A DNA stretch of 64,000 nt from Heterodontus francisci. Taxonomy: Eukaryota. The stretch's first letter is position 1; each line of letters begins with the position of its first letter. The position numbers and the translations under genes are program-made. Shown here one piece after another: positions 25,145-38,182 of this stretch. The stretch is taken from contig NC_090387.1 of the NCBI RefSeq assembly GCF_036365525.1, positions 76,507,300-76,571,299 on the forward strand. The letters run 5' to 3'. The notes beneath the pieces are model-generated. The model was given only the letters and a program-made list of their open reading frames with translations, did no database searches and was not told where the DNA came from.

Positions 25145-25570
25145 TGGTAACACTCTGCCCTGTGAGTCTCACTCCAGAGATTTCAACACATAATCTAGGC
25201 TGACACTTTAATGCCGTACTGAAGTAGTGTTGCACACTCGGCGGTGTCCTATTTCGGATGAGCCATGAAAACATGACTCCTTCTTCCCTCGTGGTGGATG
25301 TAAATGATCCCTCCAACCAACTGGAAGAGGAACATGGAGTTCTTAGTTTCCTGGTCATTATTTATTTCTCGTCTAACATCACTAAACAAAAATTGATTAT
25401 CTGGTCGTTATCACATTGCGTTTTATGGGACCCTGCTGTGCACAAACTGTTGTTCATTTCCTGCAACAGTGACCACACTTCAAAAAGTACTTCATTGGCT
25501 GTAAAACGGTTTCAGGGGGGTATTTGGGGGCGTCCCAAGGTCATGAAAGGCGCTATATAAAGATGCTTTC
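25145..25570 (+). mobile_element. Deu-domain-type SINE with L2-like tail
   Basis: aggctgacact...tgcacactcggcggtgtcc core and a ggcgctatataa tail. Related copies at 40930-41390 and 63820-63950. Confidence 0.6.
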
Positions 25571-28339
25571 TTTTCTTCAAATGATGCCTTTTCACCTACC
25601 AAATGCGGTGGGTATTTTTCAATGATGTTGATATGCAACACACATGCCGCCATCTTAACTATAGCTGCCAATTATGAAAGGTTGGGCAATTTGCTGACTG
25701 TGAAGGATTAGATCGAACCGATCTATAAGAAGCACCACAAATACTGAATTATTTTTAGGTGAGAGAAATGATTGGGGGTTTGTTTTTAAATCCACCGAAG
25801 TTACTCATTTTAACACAATCTGAGACGGACAATTTAAAATGAAGAAATACGCAATTAACCAACAGGATATGCAAATGGTCGCAACAATCATAAAATAAAA
25901 TGTTGCCTTTAATTATTTTGATAGTCTAAGGATGATATTGCAGCAATAAAGCCACTATGAGCAGTTTTATTCCAAAGTACTGATGAGGGCCTCCATTCCT
26001 GGAAGTGTTTTTTTCTAACCAAGAGATAATAAACCATGGGTCTCTCTATCTCTTCAGGTGGGCATAAAAGATCCCATGCCAAATTGAGTTCACCTGCTGC
26101 TCTGACCAACATTGTTCCCTCAACCGGCATTACTACTTGCAGATTATCTGGTCTTTTATCTCATTGCTATTTGTGTGACCTCTCAGTTTGCTAATTGCCT
26201 GCCTTTTTTTTCTCTACATTACAACAGTGACAACACTTCAAATGGAAAACATTTGGAACATCTCGATGTGAAAAGCGCTGTACATATACTGTTTATACTG
26301 CTGTCAGTGTGAGCTTGCTGCGTGCAAATTTTCTTATCGTTTTGCCTATTTCAAAAGCAATGAGTATGAGGCGCTTTGAGACATTTCATAAGCGAGGTAA
26401 TGAGGTGCTACAAATGAACACAAGTCGTGCTTTCTCTCATTATTGTGCCATATCGGAAACCCTGCAAACATGATGGGAATTTGGAATTCACCAAGCATAA
26501 CTGGAAGTTGGAGAATTAAATATTATACATATTGTCAGGATGGGTGAGTCACAGGGTTAGTGCTACCGGCTTAAGCTGCAAAATTGGTTTTCACGGAAAA
26601 TTATTTCCACTTCACAATGTAATTCCAGAGCCAGGACCCCACAGGAATCCAGAACAATGGATGGGAGTTCCACTTCTAGGTCTTGAGTTCCAGTCGATTT
26701 GACATCACTGCCCTTCACACAGCATCTCCAGGACTGTGGCAGCTAGCGACGGTACATGAGGACCTTGGTTGTGGCCGGTTGTTTGCCTTCTTTTTACAGA
26801 AAGTAACTGTCTAAGTGAAAAGAAGAGATCCTTACCTTATAGCAAAATCCCACATCATATTGCTTGTGCTCTGCCCAACATTCATTTCTCAACTAACTTC
26901 ACGAAAACAAGATATTTGGCCATTATAATGTTGATGTTTGCGGAACGCTGCTGTGCGCAATATGGCTGCCACGTTTCCTACATGACAACACGTCAAACGT
27001 ATTTAATTGGCTGGAAAGCGCTTTGGGAGTTCAAACGTCGTGAAATGTGCTATATCAATACAAGTTCTTTTTTTCTTTCTCTAATTTTACTCTGGCTATT
27101 TTGTTTTATAACAAGGCCATCTATCCATTCAAATATATAATCTAATATACTGGATGACATTACGTATAATGAGATGTTTCTGAACAATAACGCTATTCTC
27201 TATTACAGCTGAAAAGGAGCGTCAATTTTTCCAAATAGTCGTTCCCTTGATGTAACCTATTTCATGTTGAGAGTGTGGTATACGGAGAGAGATTTCTCCG
27301 GACCTTATCGATTTTATAGTGATTATCGCCAAAAATCATAAATGGTTCACTCTACGACTTTCCCACAGAAAGAGCTCCATATCTCTGAAGTTAATTACAT
27401 TTAACATTGACATTTAGATGATATCGTTATAATTGCTTAACATTTCAATTGTCAGAATGAGCATGCCGGCGTACCGCTAAACTCAGACATTGCAGAAGAA
27501 CTGCAGAAATGTTTGGTTGCGAGATTTCAAATACATTTCTTAAATTATACTTCTTTTGAACATCGAAACAGGTAACGCAAACACTGTGCAACTTGCATGG
27601 CCTGAGAGGAGCGCAACCACTAACCACAAAGTGTTTCCATGATGCCACTAGCAGAATCGCCTTGCAGTTCTGTTCTCCCAGTGATTGCAATTTCCCATTA
27701 GCTCAAACTACGAGTGCACTGTGCGGTAAATGATTAGCTAAATGAAGAAATCAGCTTCAAGATTAGATCTATTTTCATAGAAAAGTTGCAAAATTTCACA
27801 CATGAGCAACTGCAATCGCGTATTACAAACAGAAATCTAAAATAGATGTCTCTGTGGCGAGAACCCTTCATCAGAATGGAAGATGTTACAGATAGGAAGC
27901 ATTTAAAAAGGAGCAGAACAAATGCAAAGGGGACGCAAACCCACACATAAAGACACCCACACAGACACACAAACACTTACCATACAAGTCGCATTTGTAT
28001 ATCACCTTCAACGCGGTAAGCCTTCAAAAAGCGCTTCATAGGGAACATTATTAAACAAATTTTAACACTAAACAACACAAGGTTCCGGTGGCCAACAGCT
28101 TTTAAAGGAGGAAGGAGAAGCAGAGATATTTCGGGTTGGAATTCCAGAGCTTAGGGCCTCGGCAGCTGAAGACACGCGGAGCGAAGAAAATTGGGGATGG
28201 ACAAGAAGCCAGAATGCAAGGAGGCCATGGAGGGATTTGAAAACAAAGATGAGAATTTTAAACTAAAGGCGTTGCAGGACCCGGAGGCAGTGTAGGTCAA
28301 CGAGCATGAGGAATGAATGTTCCTTGGCGTGAGTTATAC

Positions 28340-28660
28340 GTACAGACATACATACACACATACATATACACAGAAGCACACACAGACACACATATACACA
28401 TGCACACACATTCACATATACACATAGATGCACACATACACATACACACTCATACATTCACCCATTAAAAAAAGACTTGTAATTATATAGCACCTTTAAT
28501 GATCCAGGAATGCCAAAGCACTTAACAGCCAAGGAAGTGTAGTCACTGTTGTAATTCCGGAATACACATACACAATCGCACCCACACCCATATACACCCA
28601 CATAGCCCAAAATACATGCACACACATACATACACATATATGCACACACACACACACAGA
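28340..28660. repeat. Degenerate (CA)n microsatellite tracts
   Basis: CA/TA-rich simple repeat, interrupted at about 28460-28560. Confidence 0.85.
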
Positions 28661-28899
28661 CAGGAGAATGGTGAAGTGTTTAAATGGAAAACGGGATCAT
28701 TTTCCTTCCTCGCTCACACAATATATTTATTTTCCCTTCACTCTTCCCTTCGTTCCATTCCCATGATATCTGCAACTCCCTGTCTGAATATGTCCAATCA
28801 GATTTCCACCCCACCACAGCTCCGAAACAGCCCTAATCAAATTTGCAAATGACATTCTGTGATGGCGACCTCATATCTGCTTCATTATAAAGACTGCCT

Positions 28900-30215
28900 A
28901 CTTCCACGTCTGTAACGTTACCTGACTTCACTCCACCTCAGCACTCTGCAGCAGAAACAGTTATCGATGCCTTGTTGACTTCCATTGTTGATCAATAAAG
29001 CTAATGGAAATAACAATCTGAAGTAACGTAAAACAGGCTGCTGACGCATTTACACCATTGCACATAGTCATGATCTACCCAATTACACAAATGTACTCCT
29101 AGCTGATCCCCTAACTCCCAGCAGCCGCCAATTTGCATAAACTTTAGCTCATCCGAAACTCTGCTGCCCATGTCCTATCCCATACTAGGTTCTGCTCATC
29201 CATCATCCCTATCCTGGCTGACCAACATTGGTTTCTCACTTCCCACCCCTCTTCCCCTCCACATCCCTCATTGTCTCAAATTTAAAATTCTCACCCTCAT
29301 TTAAAGTCTTTCATGGCGTTGTCCCTCTCTATCTAGAACCATAGCAAAATTATGGCACAGCAAGAGGCCGTTCAGCCCATCGTGTCTGGGCCAGCTGAAA
29401 AAAACTAGCCACCCAATTTAATCCCACCTTTCAGCACCTGGTCCGTAGCCTTGCAGATTACAGCACTTCAGGTGCATGTCCAGGTACCTTTTATATGAGT
29501 TGAGGCTTTCTGCCTCCACCACCGTTCCTGGCAGTGAATTCAAAACACCCACCAGCCTCTGGGTGGGAAGGTTTTTCCTCATGTCCCCTCTTATCCTTCT
29601 ACTAATCACCTTAAATTTGTGCCACCTGGTAATTAACCTCTCTGCTAGGAGAAACAGGTCGTTCTTGTCTACCCTATCTAGGCCCCTCATAATTTTGTAC
29701 GCCTAAATTAACTCATCCCTCAGCCTCCTCTGTTCTAAGGAAAACAGCCCTAGCCTATCCAATTTTTCCTCATAGCTGCAACTTTCAAGCCTTGGCAACA
29801 TTCTGGTAAATCTCCTCTGTACTCTCTCCGGAGCAATTATATCCTTCCTGTAATGTGGTGGCCAGAACTGTACGCAATACTCCAGCTGTGGCCTAACCAG
29901 CATTTTATATAGTTCCAGCAATACATCTCAGCAACTGCACCAGCTAACAACGACCCCATCGCTCCACCAGTCCCCGAACTGTGGAATGTAGGACATTTCC
30001 TGTTTCTTTGCCCACCATGCACTAACATTCTCTCGCTAAACATCTCTGCTTCTGAATTCTCTCTCTATTTAGATTGTTGTTCAAAGCTACCTCTTCGATT
30101 AAACTTTTGGTTTCTCCTTCCTAATACATCTTTCTTGACTGGATGTATTTTTCTTTTTGGTTAGGCCTTTGGAAAATACTTTAGGATGTCTTTCTACTTT
30201 AAAGGCTTTATATAA
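28900..30215. mobile_element. L2-like remnant interrupted by a minus-strand CR1 fragment (about 29335-29925)
   Basis: L2-like text (catcatccctatcctggctgacc...tttaaaattctc) and CR1 ORFs 29418-29921 ([11 protein letters not shown]). Confidence 0.65.
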
Positions 30216-30219
30216 ACAT

Positions 30220-31204
30220 TGTTATGATCCTGCAGTTTTTTTCGGGGGGTGGGGTGGTGCAGGTGGCAGAATGTGGTGTGCCTTTAAGGCTGGAAAGGGA
30301 GAAGTACTGCTGTCAGACAGCAAACTCTAAAAACTGAGTCAAAGAATGCATTCTCGTTGCCCCGGGATACAGCCATTTGGAGACTGTGAGTCAAAGAGTG
30401 ATTTCTTGTTGCCTGGGATACAGCCATTCAGGAGCAGAGATGGAGAGATACATTGTTACAATTTAATTTTGAACTGGTTATAGTGGAAACAGACTGTTCT
30501 AACTCAGAGAAACAGACAGACAGCTGTGTGTTAGCACCTGAAAGGAGATCTTTCAGACCATTTAAACTGAAGGAAGAGAATTTAGTCTGTTTATCTATTA
30601 TTCTGTCTCAAAATTCTAAAACGTCAAGCCAAAACAGAGATTTCTGATAAATTAAACTGAAGGGAAGTTACACTGTGATAATCTTTTATCCCTCAAAAAT
30701 TCTAAAGCCAAATTGATTCATTAGAAAGTGTTTGCTAGTTGTTAATTGTTGAAATTCATCACTGGAGAAGGAAAGCATCAATTTTACCTTCTGAATTGGA
30801 CGAATGACTGTTCTACTGTTGAAGAACCTTTTTTTCCCCATCGGATGGCTGTGAGGACTTCAAGCAATCTTGGACTGTTCCACACCTGGCAGGAGCATAA
30901 ATATGCAAGGACTTTATTTTTTTTTCTATTTTATGTGTTGTTTATATCTTAGGAGTGTATAAGAATTTACTTTTTCTAATTAAACAATTAATTTGTTGAT
31001 TTAAAGACACCTGGTTTGGTTTGCCTCATTCGGGGTTAATAGATGGTATAATTTGGCTGGGTCTTTCTTTAATTTGGAATGTTTAAAATGATATGTTAGG
31101 CAATCTGTAGAGGGATGGGATTGAATTAACAGTGCAGTTCTCCCAACACAATCAAAATTGTATATTTTGATTGGGAGCTTTGACTGGAGCAGTCAGTAAT
31201 AACA
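30220..31204. mobile_element. Solo LTR
   Basis: Termini TGTTAT...ATAACA form an inverted repeat. Flanks acat/atat are an imperfect 4-bp TSD. Second copy at 1-491. Confidence 0.7.
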
Positions 31205-31344
31205 ATATCGGTTGTTATTTTATGCCTTCCTCTTTATTTTCCCAGTTCTGATGAAGGGTTATGACCAAACTATTAACTTATCTGTTCTCTGGGGAGATGT
31301 GTATCGACCCACTGAGTATTTCCAACATGTTCTGTTTTGCATTA

Positions 31345-32200
31345 CATAAAATTACATGGGGACCATTCGCCCAAACTGCTCTATGCTGCTATTTATGGCC
31401 TCATGAGTGTCCTCCCACCCCTTTTCATCTATCCCTATCAGCATATCCTTCGACTTCTTTTTCCTTCATATGCACATCAAGCTGCCCCTTTAAATACATC
31501 TCTGCCATTCACCTTAGCTACGCAATTTTCTACCCATTCGGTAAAAGTTTCTCCTGAAATCCCTCTTGGATATATTTAAGACTATCTTATATTTCTGCCC
31601 TCTAGTTTTGGATTCCCTCACAAGTTGAAACATTTTCTCTCGGTCTACCGTATCAAACCCGTTCATAACTTCAAAGACCTCGATCAGGTTCCCCCTCAGC
31701 TTTCCCTTTTCTAGAGTAAAGAACCTCAGACTGTTCAGCCTTTCCTGAGAAGTTTATCTTCTCAGTTCTGGCATTAACCTAGTGGATATTTTTGCACCTT
31801 TTCCAGTGCCTGTAAATAACTTCCATAATATGGAAACTAGAAATTTGCACAGTGCTCCAAGTGTGGTCTAACCAAGATTCAATACAAGTTTAACATAACT
31901 TTGCTACTTTTTAATTCTATTCCTTTAGAAATTAACCCCAATACTTGGCTTACTTGTTATGGCCTTATAAATCTGCATTACCTGCTTTTAGTGATTCATG
32001 GATTTGTACTCCTAAATCGCTTTCCCCTGTACCCCATTTAGACCCTTATTATCCAAGCAGTATGTAGCTCCTTACTCTACCTACCAAAATGCACCACCTC
32101 ACACTTACCTATATTGAAATTCAATTGTTAATTGTATTTTGTCGCTTTCTTCCTCAGTATTAATCATAGACCCCATTTTGGTGTCACCACAGACTTTGGT
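31345..32200 (-). mobile_element. Old CR1 fragment
   Basis: Reverse-strand CR1 ORF2 end text (cagtgctccaagtgtggtctaacc; caaaatgcaccacctcacac). Confidence 0.7.
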
Positions 32201-34929
32201 TGTGCTACCGATTTCTGAGCTTTGGCTTCAGATTTCCAGCAGTTTATGTTTTTTTTTTCTTTTTTTGCGTGGTCATAATGCTGAGGCGGTGCGAGGCCTG
32301 GCTGGCAAAGGCGTGCAGTGTTTCTGTGAAGCCTGAAGAGGCACGCTTGCTCTTTTCAGTAGTTGAACTCTACAACAAGATGGCGTCAATTTAAAATTAA
32401 AGCCAGGCCATTCAGGAGTAAAACCAGGAAACACCTTTTCACACAAACACCATGAAATGTGGAACCCTCTTCCCAATAGGCTGTGAATGCTTGGACAATC
32501 GGAGCTTTCAAGACTGTGATGGTAGATTTTTGTTAGTTAACGGTATCAAAGGATACAGAAGGTCAATGGAATTGAGGTGCAGATCAGTCATGACCTAATT
32601 GAATGACGGATCAGAGCTCAAAGGCTGAATGGTCTATTCCTGTTCTCATGACATGGCTATAGAAGCTATTTAAAACCCTTCCACTCCAGTAATGCCAATT
32701 TTCCAAAGTAAAAATTCACTTTTGTTTTTCCGGATTTCACGGCTTTCTCACAGATGTTACATGGGAGATCGGCAGACCACTGCTCGAATTATCGGCTGTA
32801 CATCTGTAGAACTGATTAACAGTGCTGCAGATTAAGCTGGGGTTTGAATTTTGTTGTGGGATGCTGAGCGTGAACCGCAGCGGTAAATCTGCGAATCCCT
32901 AGAGAAGCCGGCTAAATGCCATCAATTAGCCGGCTTCTCCAGGGTTCTCGTCAATGTTTTGCCAAGGTTATTACGGGAAATCGGTAGAAACCTCCGCAGA
33001 AAAGCCACCTAGTTAATTTAACGTCATTGCTATCCAATGGCGGCATTGGTCGCATTGCATAAACCAAAATGTAAACTCCTGGCATCCGTCTTTGTCATCA
33101 GCTATGTCTACAAATGCATTGGACTTCATATCCAGTTAGAAAGTGCATTTTTAGATTTCAAATACCTTTAGATTTATTGAATTATTAAAGTGTTTTGGGC
33201 AACATCATCAGACAATTGGTGAGAAACCATTGCATTCATTTTGATGAGAACCGTGCATTGAGCACAGTCTGAATCATAGAGCGACTGTCTGCCGATGTCC
33301 TCAGTGTGAAGGTTGCATTCTGGAATAGGAAGGTGCGTGCGTGAGGGGTCAGGGTTGCTGCTCCACATCCCAGCATTTAATATTTATCTTCGGGCACTGG
33401 TATAATTGCACAGATCAGGAGGATCAGTAAGATAAGTTCAGCACTACTTGGAAAAGGAGGGTCATTAAAGAAGTCCACAGAGGAGGTTTCAAGAAAATCA
33501 GTGATCCGAGCCCCAAAGAAAGAGCAATTGATGTGGTCCTTAGAAGAGATCCACTTATCAGGTAACGGAGGAAGTCACGAATCAGATCTCCCCATAAAGG
33601 GGGGATTAAGCTCCTAAAGGAGATTCATTCATCAACGCTTTTGAGAAGGGTCATTGACCAGGTATCGAGAGGACAGTGCCCAGAAAATATGTTACTTCGA
33701 TCACTCAAACTAGTACCCGAAGGCAGGGAATGCTAACAAAAAAATAAATTAAAGGAAGCATGGGGTAATGGTGTAAGGTGGGGGTTATTGAATTGGCCGT
33801 CCGTTAGACAACAGCCCGATTTTCCTTTACTTCAATAGAAAGGAAAATCAGGCGCGGCTAATTCAGGATCAACCAGTTCACAGCATCGCCCAAGGTTAGA
33901 ATTACCTCCATGGACTCTAAAAACCGCTGAATCTTAACTAGGAACAATTTCATTCCATAATCTTACCGCTGATACCAAGGATTTAATTTAAATAATCACT
34001 TTGCTTCACATACATTGCACTGAAAATCTTTTATTGAATAGATTCCATGATGATACAAACAGAATTAACCGATTCCAGTAAAAAGCTGGCACGCGACATG
34101 ATGGGTTGGATTTTCCACATGCTACCCGGATGGTTTACATAAAAACAGCTGATTCGTAATACCAGTTTAACCTTGAGCGGCAAATTGAAAAACTCTCTCA
34201 AATGCTCCATTTTGAAGTAAATACCCTCAATATTATTAATTTAACCACAACTGGACTCAAGTTTTCTTGCATCTCCAATCTTCATTAGAGATTTATGTTG
34301 TTTTGAACAGGCCAAAGCTTATTCATAGTAAACGCATTGAAACGTTTTCCTTAGAGGAGAAAATGGAGAAAAAGTAGATGTGCCATCGTGAAAAACCATT
34401 GGTAACAAGGTGGCAGCCCGTGTTACAGCTCACCGAATACTTATTGCCATCTACTAAAATGGGGAGAGATATAGATCAGATTGCCAACCCGCTGCCACCG
34501 TTTTACAAGATCTATCCCGCTATTCCTTGTTTTTATTAATTCAATCACAACTGATATCCAGGTTCAATGCCATAATTTTTAAATGTTTATTTCTATGATT
34601 TTAAGCAGAAGTTCGGCTCCCAAAGTTTGCAAAAAATGTCCATGTTGCGATAAAATCAACATTGTAATAATTGTAATCCAGCCCGTGGAGGCTGACAGTA
34701 CAACTATTTTATCTAGATATCCAATGCTACAGGAAACATAAGGCTAGATATTGACTTTGTACGACAGGGTAAAATGGATGATAGTGAGTTAGCAGCCCAT
34801 TTTACATCTCCCCCCATTTTTATTCCCATTGATCTATGCTCCTATTGAAATAAAACACAGCAGAGATGTAAAAAGTGATGCCAACACACTGTCACCCATT
34901 TTACACTATCTCAGAAGGTAAAAATCTAC

Positions 34930-35039
34930 CCCATCGTACGTTGGGGCTTGCAAGTCATAACCCGCAGAGAAATCACTTTCCTTGGAGACAAATCTTCCGC
35001 ACAGTATGTTATATTCCAGTCAGTTGTTTCCTGGATGAC
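34930..35039 (-). pseudogene. Gene A vestigial tyrosine-module exon (frameshifted homologue of gene B exon 6)
   Basis: Acceptor tttttatcag|GTC ATC CAG reads VIQETTDWNITY. It is 110 nt to a gtagat donor versus 111 nt in gene B. Restoring one base places Tyr at codons 12 and 35, the same as in gene B exon 6. Confidence 0.6.
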
Positions 35040-35134
35040 CTGATAAAAAAAGGGCAACATTCAATACTGACGGTTGATTGAATTATTGATTACGTTGATG
35101 AATTACTACTAGCCCCCATCCCCACCAGTCTTAC

Positions 35135-35175
35135 CCGTCCTCTTCCAAATGTACCGATAAGCTTCCCTTCAATAT
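35135..35175 (-). pseudogene. Gene A vestigial cytoplasmic linker exon
   Basis: cttcccatag|41 nt|gtaag. Size and phase (1->0) resemble gene B exon 5, but it is out of phase with the gene A TM donor (phase 2), which gives AGA TAT TGA. Confidence 0.5.
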
Positions 35176-35631
35176 CTATGGGAAGTCACGTGGTCGTGAA
35201 AGGCGCTGTACAAATACAATTTATGTACAAAATTGTTTTGAAACAATAATTGGCCCGATAACCAAGCGGTTGGATTTTTACTCCCGTTTAATAACTGGGG
35301 AAATTACCTCTGGTTGCTATTTCTAGTGAAGTCTTAAATGGCTTCTTTTAAAACACTTCCACAATTTTCCTAGAACATGAAAATCCTCCAAATTTCTTCG
35401 CAACGTTGCGAACCCATAATGATCAGAGTCCTTTGTGAGGAGATATAAATGACAGAACTTTGGATCAGCTATTGCCCCGAAATAATATCCGATTACTTCC
35501 AATGTGTAAATTGTGAACCTTCAAAGAACATTCATTTTCATCTACTATCGGTTAACGCGACGTTATTTGCTCATTTACAATAACGATTTTATCTGCAAAG
35601 CGGCGGTGCACTCTGGTAATAAACGTATTTC

Positions 35632-35750
35632 TCACCTTTCACAGTACCTCCGCTTAAAATAATTCCCAACGATGACTATCAGCACCATTATTATCAATAT
35701 ACCCACTAACTGCCGAGACACCAAAAAGAGAGTAGCGACGTTAACAGCAC
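35632..35750 (-). CDS. Gene A exon 4: Arg-containing TM and short tail (GAVNVATLFLVSRQLVGILIIMVLIVIVGNYFKRRYCER*), non-canonical acceptor
   Basis: The exon start GT GCT GTT AAC aligns with gene B GT ACT GAT AAT, but the intron ends tttgtcg instead of AG. Read-through stops at TGA 35634-35632, and an AG|gtgag donor is present at 35636. Confidence 0.65.
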
Positions 35751-36056
35751 CGACAAACAGAGTAACGGAGATATAAGACCGACGGGCATTAATGTCAATT
35801 AAACCAGCAAGAAAACCCAGGGAAACACGGGATCAGAACTAATCGTGTAAAGTCCATTTAATATAGATACAGATTGCTTAAAAAAATATTCAAATAAAAT
35901 GCCAACAAATGAAACAATTCACAATCTGACCAATAAATCATCAATGTAATACACGCATGCAGTAACATCAAATGCTATCACGTGTTCACAAACGTGTGCT
36001 CGTATTAAGAAAAACGATAAAGGAGCGAACGCTTCTGTAAAATGAATTGATCATAC

Positions 36057-36356
36057 CTTCCAAGTTGTAACTGACATTGGCTGGAGTCTCAAGGGAGACA
36101 TGAGATACTTGGCAGCTGTATGTAGCTCCACTGTAGGATAGCGTCGTATCTTTTAAAGTGCTGGAAATCTCATACAGTCCCACTCTGGTTTGCTGTTTGG
36201 TAGTATTGATCCCGGTTACAATTTTTGCATTGTTCTTATACCAAGTCACATTGAGATCTTCAGGGTAAAATTTAGCTGTTTTACACAGGAGAATTGGAGA
36301 AGTGGACGGACGGAATTCAGACTCAACTAAGTCGATCCTCAGAGGAGTGGGCGGAA
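36057..36356 (-). CDS. Gene A exon 3: C1-set Ig domain
   Basis: Acceptor cttttcctcccaag|, donor G|gtatga, 300 nt, phase 1-1. (V)PPTPLRIDLVESEFRPSTSPILLCKTAKFYPEDLNVTWYKNNAKIVTGINTTKQQTRVGLYEISSTLKDTTLSYSGATYSCQVSHVSLETPANVSYNLE. Confidence 0.93.
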
Positions 36357-36710
36357 CTTGGGAGGAAAAGAAAATTATTTTAAGTTTGAAACATGAATTA
36401 GTATTATATTTCTGTAGTCTATAATTTCGAACACGAGTTCAGGACAGGTCCCTTTACCATCGTATTTCATTGAAACATTTTTAATTTCTTCCTTTCCACA
36501 TATTATGAAGCTAGAAATTACATGGAATCCTTAACGAAGAAAGGAAAGTGTAGTATTTGGTAGAATCCTGGAGCCATGGAGCGTAGAAGGAGGCCACTGA
36601 TCCAACTTGCCTTTGTTAGATCTTTGAAAGAACTATGCAATTAGTCCCCCTCCCCTGCTCTTTCTCCATAGCCCTGCAAACATTTCCTTTCCAAGTACCT
36701 ATCCAGATTC

Positions 36711-38182
36711 CGACAAGTTTCCATGAGATTGGGAAATAGCGAATGCAACTCCTTTATTCAATAAGGGAGGGAGACAGAAAGCAGGAAACTACAGGCCAGT
36801 TAGCTTAGTATCCCTCTTAGGGAAAATGTTAGAAGCTATTATTAAAGACGTTTTAGCAGTGCACTTAGAAAAATTCAATGAAATCAGGCAGAGTCAACAT
36901 GGTTTTCTGAATAGGAAATCATGTTTAACCAATTTATTGGAGTTGTTTGAAGAAGTAACATGTGCTGTGCATAAAGGAGAACCGGTGGATGTATTGTACT
37001 TGGATTTCCAGAAGGCATTTGATAAGGTACCACATCAAAGATTATTGCAGAAAATGAAAGTTCATGGTGTAGGGGGTAACATATTGGCATGGATAGAACA
37101 TTAGCTGGCTAACAGGAAACAGAGTGGGCATAAATGGGTCATTTTCTGGTTGGCAAGATGGAAAGAGTGGTGTGCCACAGAGATCAGTGCTGGGGCCTGA
37201 AATTTTGCAATTTACATAAAAGACTTGGGGATGAAGGGACAAAAGGTATAGTTGCTAAATTTGTTGATGACACCAAGATAGGTAGGAAAGTAAGTTGTGA
37301 AGCCGACATCAGGAGGCTACAAATGGATATAGTTAGGTTAAGTGAGTGGACAAAGATCTGGCAAATAGTGTATAATGTGGGAAAATGCGAAATTGCCCAT
37401 TTTGGCAGGAAGAATAAAAAAATAAGCATATTATCTAAATGGTGAGAGATTGCAGAGCTCTGAGATGCAGAGGGATCTAAGTGCCCAAGTGCATGAATTG
37501 CAAAAGGTTAGCATGCAGGTTCAACAAGTCATTAGGAAAGCAAATAGAAAGTTATTGTTTATTGCGAGCAAATTGAATACAAACATAGGAGGTTATGCTT
37601 CACGTATACAGGGCATTGGTGAGACCACATCTAGAGTACTGTGTGCAGTATAGATCTCCTTATTTAAGGAATGATTTAAATGTGTTGGAAGCAGTTCGGA
37701 GAAGGTTTAATTGGACTAATACCTGGAATGGGTGGGTTGTCTCATGAGGAAAGGTTGGACAGGCTAGGCTTGTATCCACTGGAGTTTAGAAGAGTAAGAG
37801 GCGACTTGATTGAAACATATAGCATGCTGAGGGGTTTTGACAGGATCGGTGTGGAAAGGATGTTTCCCCTTGAGGAAGAATCCAGAACTAGGAGTCACTG
37901 TTTATAAAATTAAGGGCTCAACATTTAAGACAAAGATGAGGAGAATTTCTTTCTCTGAGGGTCATGAACCCTTCCTCAAAAGGCAGTGGAAGCAGCGTCT
38001 TTAAATATTTTTAAGGCAGAGGTAGATAGGTTCTTGTTAAGTATGTGGGTGAAATGTTATCGAGGGTGTGGAGTCGAGGTTACAATCAGATCAGCCATGA
38101 TCTTTTTGAATGGCGGAGCAGGCTCGAGGGGCCGAGTGGCCTACTCCTGCTCCTAATTCGTATGTTAGTTTGTATGTTCGTA
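36711..38182 (+). mobile_element. CR1 in gene A intron 2 (same insertion as 684-2146)
   Basis: ORFs 36826-37907 contain YLDFQKAFDKVPH and KFVDDTK. Junctions match those in copy C. Confidence 0.88.

Noticed and set aside
25869-25876. Ig-promoter octamer ATGCAAAT (also ATTTGCAT at 29131-29138)
   Set aside because: Not adjacent to any leader exon. A few chance hits are expected in 64 kb of AT-rich DNA.
28263-28655. Cys/Val-rich ORFs
   Set aside because: Translations of the (CA)n microsatellite.
33173-33319. Possible extra terminal exon of gene A (acceptor cttcctattccag, AATAAA at 33173-33178)
   Set aside because: No similarity to gene B exons 7 or 8 in any frame, so it is unsupported without transcripts.
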